Source of the DNA: an uncultured Bacteroidaceae bacterium
GTDB lineage: Bacteria; Bacillota; Clostridia; Christensenellales; CAG-917
NCBI GenBank assembly: GCA_964599875.1
Contig: CAZRHE010000007.1
Coordinates: 3,536-67,535 of the forward strand
Direction of reading: 5' to 3'
DNA: 64,000 nt
The notes beneath the pieces are model-generated. The model was not told where the DNA came from and did no database searches. It saw only the letters and a list, made by a program, of their open reading frames with translations. Each line of letters starts with the position of its first letter. The first letter of the stretch is position 1. This document shows, in pieces, positions 1 to 8,208 of this stretch. Both the position numbers and the translations under genes were made by a program.

Positions 1-914
1 TTTGCTCTTGTAGAAGATATCGCCTTATATCCGTCGAGCACCGCAATATCCGTATCTATTCCGCCGTGAGCGAGGTTGTATTCGCGCATTTCATCTTCGT
101 AACGCGCGTCGTTTTCATCTCGTATTCCTCTCAAAAATACGGTTGCGCCCACCTCTTTCGCGACCTCGACGGCGGTCTTTTCGCTATACAAGGTTTTGAC
201 GTTAACCATACCTTCAGTTGCCGATTTGATTATATTAACTCTCTCTTCGGGTGAAAAGAGATATTCCTTGTCAGGATTGACAAGGCACGCGACGACGACT
301 TCGTCGTATCGAGAAAGCCCGTATTCGAGGAGCGCTATATGCCCTTTCGTTATAGGGTCGAAACTGCCCGTCATAAGCGCGACGGTTTTGTGCGATATAA
401 ACTCGGACACCGTATATCCCATAGGTTTCGTGCGCGTCTTATACCCCGCGGGCGGGACGTAGTTTTTGGTTTTCGAGTGCTCGAAATATATAACGCCGTC
501 GTCGGTCAGCATATCTCTTTTGACGATTACGTCGATTGCGATTTCGCCGAGATTGGTGTCGTAAGGCGGGTCGAGAAAGATTATATCGAACTTCTCGTTT
601 AGGGAGTTAAGCGCACCGAGAAAGTCCGAGCAAACTACCCTATAATTCCCGTCTATTCCTTTGAGGTTTGCTTTCGTCAAAGCGACGCTGTCCGTGCTTT
701 TATCGACGAAAACGACCTCTTTTGCGCCGCGAGAAAGACATTCTATTCCAAGTGCACCGCTCCCCGAAAACAGGTCGAGCACGGTTGCGCCCTCAACTCT
801 GAATTGCAGAACGTTGAATACGGTTTCTTTGATTCTGTCCGTAGTCGGACGCACTCTGTCGTCGGACGGGGACAGCAGCCTTTTTCCGCGATATTTGCCG
901 GATATTACTCTCAT
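1..914 (-). CDS. RsmD-like 16S rRNA (guanine-N2)-methyltransferase fused in frame to phosphopantetheine adenylyltransferase (CoaD); the 3' end runs off the window
   Basis: Absent from the ORF track because no stop is reached before position 1. Hand translation of the minus strand from ATG 914-912 gives MRVISGKYRGKRLLSPSDDRVRPTTDRIKETVFNVLQF..VLDLFSGSGALGIE..DIIFLDPPY (RsmD motifs). It continues without a stop into ..HKTVALMTGSFDPITKGHIALLEYG..LFSPEERV..FLRGIRDENDARYEDEM (CoaD HxGH nucleotidyltransferase). The internal ATG at 374 is in the same frame ((914-374)=540). The start overlaps the upstream stop as ATGA. Confidence 0.8.
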   Translation of the reverse strand, partial: MRVISGKYRGKRLLSPSDDRVRPTTDRIKETVFNVLQFRVEGATVLDLFSGSGALGIECLSRGAKEVVFVDKSTDSVALTKANLKGIDGNYRVVCSDFLGALNSLNEKFDIIFLDPPYDTNLGEIAIDVIVKRDMLTDDGVIYFEHSKTKNYVPPAGYKTRTKPMGYTVSEFISHKTVALMTGSFDPITKGHIALLEYGLSRYDEVVVACLVNPDKEYLFSPEERVNIIKSATEGMVNVKTLYSEKTAVEVAKEVGATVFLRGIRDENDARYEDEMREYNLAHGGIDTDIAVLDGYKAISSTRA

Positions 915-1489
915 TCTTCCCCTCCGAAAAGATTCTCTTTGACCTTATTCGGTCTAACGATAATCCTTTTTTCGGTGACGAGGACGTCGAGCGGAATATC
1001 GAATTTTTCGGTTTCAAGCCCTTCCACGCATTGGCAGTCGAAAGCAAGTCCGATTTTCAGACACTTGTGAGCGGACAGATATTTGTCGTAATATCCACCG
1101 CCGTGACCGAGGCGTTTGAGCCCGTCGAATGCGACGAGCGGAATTATTGCGACTTCGACCTCGTTCAAGACGTGCCCTTTGACGGGTTCGAGAATACCCC
1201 ATTTGTTTTCTTTGAAATCGGTGAAAGGCGTGATGGAAATCGCATCCATATTCTCCCCTCTCACTCTGGGGACTGCGACTGTGCGTTCCATTGCAAGCGC
1301 AAGACCTACGATTTCGTGGGTGTCGGGTTCGGTTTTCGTGCCGAGATATATGAAAAGAGATTTCGCCTTTTTGAATTGTTCAAGGGAAGAAACGGCGTCG
1401 ATAATCGCACCGCTCGCCCATTCGCGCTCGGCATCCGACATCTTCGCTATATTCGCTTTCGCTACTTTTCTAGCCTCTGCTTTCGTCAT
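911..1489 (-). CDS. 5-formyltetrahydrofolate cyclo-ligase
   Basis: 192-aa ORF of typical size, with the C-terminal GHGGGYYDKYL motif of the MTHFS family. ATG at 1489. Confidence 0.8.
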   Translation of the reverse strand: MTKAEARKVAKANIAKMSDAEREWASGAIIDAVSSLEQFKKAKSLFIYLGTKTEPDTHEIVGLALAMERTVAVPRVRGENMDAISITPFTDFKENKWGILEPVKGHVLNEVEVAIIPLVAFDGLKRLGHGGGYYDKYLSAHKCLKIGLAFDCQCVEGLETEKFDIPLDVLVTEKRIIVRPNKVKENLFGGEE

Positions 1490-2477
1490 AAATTCTTTTC
1501 ACTCTACCGCTTAAAGCGGTCATTGTTTCGTATATCGTTCTGTTAGTGCGACTTGCCACTTCGTCCAAGGGCAAATTATTGCTTGTGAGAATTGCTCTCT
1601 GCCCTCTTTCAAACGGACGCGGGGACTTCACCGCAAACACGTCCATACAAACGCTTATGCTTGTGAATAATTCTCCGTCGATAAGCATGGGTTGCCCTTT
1701 GACGATTCCGTCCGCATATCCGCCGAGTAGCCACACGGCGTAGCAATCCTCGTTCGAGAAGTTGTCGCCGTATCCGATTCGCTCACCTTTTGCCACCTTT
1801 TGCGACGACAAAACGACGCTTTCGATTTCAGCCGCACCGAGATATGCACTCATCCCTATCCGCACCATATCGTAACGATTAAGACGTACGGACGAGGACG
1901 AGCAAGCATGGATTATCGCATTAGGGAAACTCTCTTTGACTTTCCTTGCGACGGCGTCGAATAAGTCGAGTTGAATAAGATTCGGTGCGTACAAATGTGT
2001 GTACGCACCCTCGATTTCAACTCCGCTACGCTTTGCAACCGACAGTGCGTCGTCAACCTCATTGGGAGATAATCCGAATCGATTCATCCCCGTATTTATT
2101 TTCAAATGTACTTTCGGCGCACGTCCCTGCATTGTAGCAAGACGGCATAGGGAATCCATATCCCCCACGGACACGGAAAGGTCGAGCGCTTTTGCCTCCG
2201 AAAATTCAAAAGGCAGTATATCAGTTGCCAAAATCGGTGTTTTAACTCCGTTTTCGCGCACGATGCGTCCTTCTTCGAGAGTTGCCACTCCGAAAAAATC
2301 TACATCGTTTTCAAGCGCTTTCGCGACCTCGACGATACCGTGTCCGTACGCGTCCGCCTTTATCATAAGCATAACTTTCGCCGACTTTTTCGGGATAGAT
2401 AGGTTACGTAAAATGCGGCCCGTGCGCACGATTTTAGTTATTTCCAAACGTCCTCCGTCGTGTCCGACGGGGGACAC
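1470..2477 (-). CDS. alr: alanine racemase
   Basis: 335-aa ORF with the PLP-lysine motif MIKADAYGHG near the N-terminus. GTG start at 2477, 3 nt after the upstream stop. Confidence 0.85.
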   Translation of the reverse strand: MSPVGHDGGRLEITKIVRTGRILRNLSIPKKSAKVMLMIKADAYGHGIVEVAKALENDVDFFGVATLEEGRIVRENGVKTPILATDILPFEFSEAKALDLSVSVGDMDSLCRLATMQGRAPKVHLKINTGMNRFGLSPNEVDDALSVAKRSGVEIEGAYTHLYAPNLIQLDLFDAVARKVKESFPNAIIHACSSSSVRLNRYDMVRIGMSAYLGAAEIESVVLSSQKVAKGERIGYGDNFSNEDCYAVWLLGGYADGIVKGQPMLIDGELFTSISVCMDVFAVKSPRPFERGQRAILTSNNLPLDEVASRTNRTIYETMTALSGRVKRIYDESRG

Positions 2478-2479
2478 GA

Positions 2480-2875
2480 CTATATATTATTATCCTCTAA
2501 CGCCTTTTGTGCCAAGGAAATATCCGAGGGCTTAATAAGGATATAGGTCTTGTGGTCGCCGATACTGTGCGAATATATGTATTCGACGTTGACGCCTGCG
2601 TTTGCAAGGGCTTCGAGAGTGCCCGCAAGTTCACCGGGACGATCCTCGACTTCGACCGCTATGACCTTATTGACAGAGCAAGTGAATCCCGCCGCTTTAA
2701 GCACGTCTACCGCAAGTTCGTCGTCAGAGGTAATCATTCTCGCGATACCGAAATCGTTGGTATCCGCGATATTGAGGGACTTGACGTTGATATCGTTTGC
2801 CGCAAGCACTTTGAGGACTGCGCTCAAACGACCGCTTCTGTTTTCAAGAAAAACCGCTATTTGACTTATCAACAT
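2480..2875 (-). CDS. ACT domain-containing protein (tandem ACT)
   Basis: 131 aa, two ACT-like repeats (FLENRSGRLSAVLKVLA.. and VEDRPGELAGTLEALA..). GGAGG RBS. This is the usual partner downstream of PaaK-type ligases. Confidence 0.7.
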   Translation of the reverse strand: MLISQIAVFLENRSGRLSAVLKVLAANDINVKSLNIADTNDFGIARMITSDDELAVDVLKAAGFTCSVNKVIAVEVEDRPGELAGTLEALANAGVNVEYIYSHSIGDHKTYILIKPSDISLAQKALEDNNI

Positions 2876-2886
2876 AATATTTCCTC

Positions 2887-4194
2887 CTATATCTTTCTCT
2901 TATCTACTATTCTCACCGTCTTTCCGCTCGAGAGAGGGAGAGAGTCGGGTGAAACCAAAGTGACCTTCGCGCCGACGCCGAGATTGCCGAGAAGTTCGTG
3001 TTCGATATTCTTCTTGAGCGCCTCGATTTTGCGCACCTCGTCCGAGAAATGTTCGAGGGTGAGTTCCACTTGGATTTCCATAGTGTCGAGGTTGCCTACT
3101 CTGTCGACGACGATTTGATAGTGCGAACCGACGACTTCTTTGACGTTCATAAGTACGCTTTCGATTTGGGACGGGAACACGTTCACTCCCCTGATGATAA
3201 GCATATCGTCGCTTCTGCCCTTAACTCTCTGCATTCTTACGAGAGTGCGTCCGCAAACGGGACAAGTGCCGTGCATAAGCGCGCTCAAATCGCGAGTGCG
3301 GTAGCGAATGAGAGGTATGCCCTGCTTTGTAAGCGTAGTGAACACGAGTTCGCCGACTTGTCCGTCGGGAACGGGTTCGAGGGTTTCGGGGTCGACGATT
3401 TCGGGATAGAAGAAGTCCTCGTTGACGTGAAGTCCGAATGAATCTCCGCAACCGATTGCAACGCCCGGGCCGCTGATTTCGCTGAGACCGTAGATGTCGT
3501 ATGCTTTGATTCCGAGTTTTTCTTCGATATCCGCTTTCATTTCGTCCGACCAAGGCTCTGCGCCGAAGATTCCGCATTTAAGTTTGAAATCTTCTTTCTT
3601 CATTCCCGCCTTCTTCATTTCTTCGGCAAGGACAAGAGCGTAGGACGGAGTACATGCGACTGCGGTCGCGCCGAAATCTCTCAACAGTTGAAGTTGTCTT
3701 ATGGTATTGCCTGCGGATGCGGGGACTACGGTCGCGCCGAGTTTTTCACCGCCGTAGTGAAGCCCGAGGCCGCCCGTGAACAAGCCGTAACCGTAGGCAA
3801 CGTGCAAGATATCAGTATTGTCGCAACCGGCGACTACAAGGCTTCTCGCAGCACATTCGGACCAATCGTCGAGGTCGCGTTGAGTGTAGCCGACGACTGT
3901 GAGTTTGCCCGTCGTACCGCTCGATGCGTGTACGCGGACGATTTCGCTCATAGGCACCGCGAAAGTGCCGAAAGGATAATTTTCTCTGAGGTCGTGTTTC
4001 AGGGTGAACGGAAGTTTGGTTATATCTTCTATTCCGTGAATATCTTCGGGTTTCAGACCTATCGCGTCCATTTTTTCGCGATAGTAAGGCACGTTTTCGT
4101 ATACTCTTTTTACAACGTCTTTAAGGCGTTCGGATTGCAAAGCCGTCATATCTTCGCGGCTCATTGTTTCTATTTTTTCGTTATAATATTTCAT
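2887..4194 (-). CDS. paaK: phenylacetate-CoA ligase family protein (PaaK / coenzyme F390 synthetase-like)
   Basis: 435 aa. The N-terminus MKYYNEKIETMSREDMTALQSERLKDVVKRVYENVPYYREKMD and the SSGTTGK adenylation motif are typical of PaaK. Confidence 0.85.
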   Translation of the reverse strand: MKYYNEKIETMSREDMTALQSERLKDVVKRVYENVPYYREKMDAIGLKPEDIHGIEDITKLPFTLKHDLRENYPFGTFAVPMSEIVRVHASSGTTGKLTVVGYTQRDLDDWSECAARSLVVAGCDNTDILHVAYGYGLFTGGLGLHYGGEKLGATVVPASAGNTIRQLQLLRDFGATAVACTPSYALVLAEEMKKAGMKKEDFKLKCGIFGAEPWSDEMKADIEEKLGIKAYDIYGLSEISGPGVAIGCGDSFGLHVNEDFFYPEIVDPETLEPVPDGQVGELVFTTLTKQGIPLIRYRTRDLSALMHGTCPVCGRTLVRMQRVKGRSDDMLIIRGVNVFPSQIESVLMNVKEVVGSHYQIVVDRVGNLDTMEIQVELTLEHFSDEVRKIEALKKNIEHELLGNLGVGAKVTLVSPDSLPLSSGKTVRIVDKRKI

Positions 4195-4208
4195 AATTCC
4201 TCGTCAGA

Positions 4209-4778
4209 TTAGATTTCGTATCCTTTTTCAAGGGCGATACGGTTGATTTCGTAAAGTTTAGGTTTGATTGTTTGTTTCAGCGCCGTATCTATCTGACTAA
4301 ACGGAACGCCGAGACTCTTTGCTAGCGCGCCGAGCATAACGACGTTAACCCCTTTGGGGTTGCCTATGCTATCGGCAATATCGTATGCGTCCACCGCTAC
4401 GACTTTGCCTGCGCGTTCGGAAAGGGCTTCGACTATTCCCTCCGGATACTTTCTTGCCCCCGTGATGACGGGCATAGGAAGTATTTCTTGCGTATTCACG
4501 ATAACCGTTCCGCCTTGTTTCAGATAGTTCGTGTAGCGGAGCGCTTCGAGTTTTTCAAAAGATAGTATGACGTCCGCATCGCGTACGCCGATGATGGGAG
4601 AGGTGACTTTGTCGTCGATTTTGACGTGCGTCACCACGCTGCCTCCCCTTTGTGACATTCCGTGGACTTCGGATAATTTGCAATCCTTGTCCTCGATTTC
4701 GGCAAGCGCGCCCAAAACTCTGGATGCAAGAAGGGTGCCTTGACCGCCTACGCCTACGATAAGAATATTCGCTTTCAT
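4209..4778 (-). CDS. iorB: indolepyruvate:ferredoxin oxidoreductase subunit beta
   Basis: MKANILIVGVGGQGTLLASRVLG.. is a pyruvate/ketoisovalerate oxidoreductase gamma-type domain. I chose ATG 4778, preceded by AAGGGGG. The ORF-track start at 4838 would overlap iorA. Confidence 0.85.
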   Translation of the reverse strand: MKANILIVGVGGQGTLLASRVLGALAEIEDKDCKLSEVHGMSQRGGSVVTHVKIDDKVTSPIIGVRDADVILSFEKLEALRYTNYLKQGGTVIVNTQEILPMPVITGARKYPEGIVEALSERAGKVVAVDAYDIADSIGNPKGVNVVMLGALAKSLGVPFSQIDTALKQTIKPKLYEINRIALEKGYEI

Positions 4779-4780
4779 AG

Positions 4781-6493
4781 TTACCCCCTTATTGCTCCGA
4801 ATTTGCAAACGCTCTTGCAAAGTGAACAACCCACGCATTGCGACGGATTGATTTTGGCGGTGCCGTCCGCTTGTTTTTCAATGGCGGGACAGCCGAGTTT
4901 GAAACACGCTCCGCACTTCTTGCAATCTTCGATATGAAGGGCGGGCGGATAATTGCGATTGAGAAGAGCGCACGGACGCTTTGCGACGATGACCGACACG
5001 CCGTCCCTATTCGTTTCTTCCTTGACAGCGGTTTCGACTGCGGACAAATCGTAACTGTCCACTACTCTCACGCTTGCCGCACCGATAGTTTTGCAAAGTT
5101 CCACTATATTAAGAATAGGGGCGGGTTTTTGTTGGAGAGTAAGTCCTGTCGCAGGGTGTTGCTGATGCCCCGTCATACCCGTCGTGGAATTGTCAAGTAT
5201 GATAAGGGTGATATTGGACTGATTGTAAACCGCGTTAATAAGTCCCGTTATGCCGCTATGGATAAACGTACTATCCCCGATAACCGCTACGGTGTGTTTG
5301 GATTGTTCTCTGCCGATTGCTTTTTCAAAGCCGTGCGCGATGCCTATGCTTGCACCCATGCAAACGACGGTATCAACCGCAGACAAAGGTGCTTGCGCAC
5401 CGAGGGTGTAACAGCCGATATCCGCGGAAACCGTGAGTTTAAGTTTTGAAAGCACGTAGAAAACACCTCTATGCGGACACCCCGCGCACATGACGGGGGG
5501 ACGGACGGGCAAATCGATTTTTTCGATTTCAGTCTTTTCGCCGAGGATTTTTTCCTTGATTATCGCAACCGAAATTTCTCCTTGACGGGAGAACAAATTT
5601 TTGCCGTCGCACTCGATTCCGTACGCCTTAATCGCGTTTTCGATTACGGGTTCGAGTTCCTCTATTACGACGAGGCGGTCTACGCCGTCCGCAAACTCCT
5701 TGATTTTCTTCATGGGAAGCGGATTGACTATGCCGAGTTTTAATACGCTTGCGTTCGGCAACGCCTCTTTTACGTATTGATACACGACACCGCTACACAC
5801 GACGCCCAAGGATTTATCTCCTTTTTCGACGACGTTGAGGGGACAATCGTTGACGCGTTCGGACAAACGATTTTCTCTATCTTCGACCGCTACGTGTCTG
5901 CCTATTGCGCTCGACGGCATCATGGTATACTTCGTGATATCCTTGACGTAAGGTTTCACCTTGATTTCTACTCTCTCCTCTTCTTCGACGAAACTTTGAG
6001 AGTGTGCAAGCCGCGTAGTCGTTCTGACGATGACGGGAGTATCGTATTTTTCGGAAATCTCGAACGCCTTTTTCGTGAATTCTTTTGCTTCCGCGCTGTC
6101 CGACGGTTCGAGCAAAGGAAGATGAGCCGCAATTGCGTATAGTCTTGTGTCTTGTTCGTTTTGCGAAGAATGCATGCCGGGGTCGTCCGCCGCAAGGAGT
6201 ACGAGACCGCCGTTGACGCCCGTATAAGCCGCGGTGAACATAGGGTCTGCCGCCACGTTGACGCCGACGTGTTTCATGCACACCATACTTCTCGCACCCG
6301 CGTAAGACGCGCCGATTGCGACTTCGAACGCCACTTTTTCGTTCGGAGCCCATTCCGCATAGACTTCTTCGTAGCCCGCGATACGTTCGCTGACCTCGGT
6401 GGACGGAGTGCCGGGATATGCCGACACGACCTTGACGCCCGCCTCGTACGCGCCTCTCGCGATGGCTTCGTTGCCTAACATTAGTTTTTTCAT
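4781..6493 (-). CDS. iorA: indolepyruvate:ferredoxin oxidoreductase subunit alpha
   Basis: 570 aa with a TPP-binding 2-oxoacid:ferredoxin oxidoreductase core and two C-terminal 4Fe-4S motifs (CKKCGAC..CP and CVGCSLCKSVC). Confidence 0.9.
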   Translation of the reverse strand: MKKLMLGNEAIARGAYEAGVKVVSAYPGTPSTEVSERIAGYEEVYAEWAPNEKVAFEVAIGASYAGARSMVCMKHVGVNVAADPMFTAAYTGVNGGLVLLAADDPGMHSSQNEQDTRLYAIAAHLPLLEPSDSAEAKEFTKKAFEISEKYDTPVIVRTTTRLAHSQSFVEEEERVEIKVKPYVKDITKYTMMPSSAIGRHVAVEDRENRLSERVNDCPLNVVEKGDKSLGVVCSGVVYQYVKEALPNASVLKLGIVNPLPMKKIKEFADGVDRLVVIEELEPVIENAIKAYGIECDGKNLFSRQGEISVAIIKEKILGEKTEIEKIDLPVRPPVMCAGCPHRGVFYVLSKLKLTVSADIGCYTLGAQAPLSAVDTVVCMGASIGIAHGFEKAIGREQSKHTVAVIGDSTFIHSGITGLINAVYNQSNITLIILDNSTTGMTGHQQHPATGLTLQQKPAPILNIVELCKTIGAASVRVVDSYDLSAVETAVKEETNRDGVSVIVAKRPCALLNRNYPPALHIEDCKKCGACFKLGCPAIEKQADGTAKINPSQCVGCSLCKSVCKFGAIRG

Positions 6494-6516
6494 TTATTGC
6501 CTCTTAAATATTGATA

Positions 6517-8175
6517 TTACTTTTTGATTTTCGCGGATTGCTCGATTTGTTGAGCAACGAGAGCGACGTTTCCGCAATACTTTTCGCGAAGTTTGGGTTT
6601 TTCGATTTTCCCGGTAGGATTTCTCGGTACGTCCGCAAATATAATCTTGCGCGGGCGTTTGTATCTGGGAAGATCGGTACAGAAATCCATGATTTCTTTC
6701 TCCGTCGTGTCCTTGAATTCGGGTTTAAGTTCGATAACCGCCGCCGCGATTTCGCCAAGTCTTTCGTCCGGAAGTCCTATGACGGCAACGTCGCGTATTC
6801 TCTCGCACGCACGAAGATAATCTTCTATCTGCACGGGATAGAGGTTTTCCCCTCCCGTAATTATAACGTCTTTCTTGCGGTCGACGAGATAGATGAATCC
6901 GTCCTCGTCCTCGACCGCCATATCGCCTGTAAAGAGCCAGCCGTCTTTCAAGACTTGTTCAGTGGCTTTCTCATCGTGATAGTAGCACACCATAACGCCG
7001 TCCCCTTTGACCGCGAGTTCGCCGACCTCTCCTCTCTCTACTTCGTTTTTATCCGCGTCCACGATTTTGGTCTGCCAGCCGTAGCCCGCTTTGCCTATTG
7101 CGCCGACTTTGTCTATATTCTCCACGCCCAAGTGCACACATCCGGGACCTATGGACTCGCTGAGTCCGTAATTGGTGTCGTATTGGTGTGCGGGGAAAAC
7201 CTTTTTCCAACGCTCTATAAGGCTCGGCGGAACGGGTTGCGCGCCTATATGCATAAGACGCCATTTCGACAAGTCGTAATCGTTTAGATCGACCGTGCCG
7301 TTGTCTATCGAGTCGAGTATATCCTGCGCCCAAGGCACGAGAAGCCAAACGATAGTGCATTTCTCATCGCTTGCGGTTTGAAGTATCCACTTCGGAGAAA
7401 CGCCTTTAAGAAGAACCGCTTTGCTCCCCGACACGAGAGAGCCGAACCAGTGCATCTTTGCTCCCGTATGATAAAGAGGAGGAATACAAAGGAAACAATC
7501 GTCCTTTTGCTGTCCGTGGTGTTTTTGTTCGGTTATCGCGGAATGCACGAGTGCTTTATGCTTGTGCAGTATCGCCTTCGGAAATCCCGTCGTGCCCGAA
7601 GAGAAATATATCGCGGCATAGTCTTCATCCGTTATATCGCTTACGACTTTCGCTCTCGACGCGGTTTTCATCTCCTTGTCGTAACTATCCGCAAACGAGG
7701 GGCAGTTTTCCCCTACGTACATCATCCCTTCCACTTTGGGCATATCGCCGAAAATGGATTCCACGCGTCCTATAAATTCCTTGCCGAATACGAGCACGCT
7801 GACGTCCGCCAGGTCTACGCAATATTTGATTTCGTCCGCAGTGTATCTATAGTTGAGGGGGACTGCTATTCCACCCGCTTTCAAAATGCCGAAATAGATG
7901 GGCAACCATTCGATGCAATTCATGAGAAGAATAGCGACTTTCTCTCCCTTTCTCATTCCGTGAGATAAGAGAAGATTTGCAAACCTATTCGCTCTCGAAT
8001 CGAATTTGCGCCAAGTGATTTCTCTGCGGTGCTCTCCCGACGGAAGAGTTTCGACGAGGTTATAATCCTTCCAAGTGAGAAGTTGTTTCTCTTTTATTTC
8101 AGGGTTAATCTCGACGAGCGCCACGTCGTCGCCGAAATGCTCCGCGTTATAATCCAAAAAATCCGTAATCGGCAT
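6517..8175 (-). CDS. AMP-dependent acyl-CoA synthetase/ligase
   Basis: 552 aa with the AMP-binding signature YFSSGTTGFPKAI and a C-terminal GKIEKPKLRE motif. AAGGAG RBS. Confidence 0.85.
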   Translation of the reverse strand: MPITDFLDYNAEHFGDDVALVEINPEIKEKQLLTWKDYNLVETLPSGEHRREITWRKFDSRANRFANLLLSHGMRKGEKVAILLMNCIEWLPIYFGILKAGGIAVPLNYRYTADEIKYCVDLADVSVLVFGKEFIGRVESIFGDMPKVEGMMYVGENCPSFADSYDKEMKTASRAKVVSDITDEDYAAIYFSSGTTGFPKAILHKHKALVHSAITEQKHHGQQKDDCFLCIPPLYHTGAKMHWFGSLVSGSKAVLLKGVSPKWILQTASDEKCTIVWLLVPWAQDILDSIDNGTVDLNDYDLSKWRLMHIGAQPVPPSLIERWKKVFPAHQYDTNYGLSESIGPGCVHLGVENIDKVGAIGKAGYGWQTKIVDADKNEVERGEVGELAVKGDGVMVCYYHDEKATEQVLKDGWLFTGDMAVEDEDGFIYLVDRKKDVIITGGENLYPVQIEDYLRACERIRDVAVIGLPDERLGEIAAAVIELKPEFKDTTEKEIMDFCTDLPRYKRPRKIIFADVPRNPTGKIEKPKLREKYCGNVALVAQQIEQSAKIKK

Positions 8176-8208
8176 TTTATCTCCTTAATCGCCGTTGCGA
8201 TTTATCTT

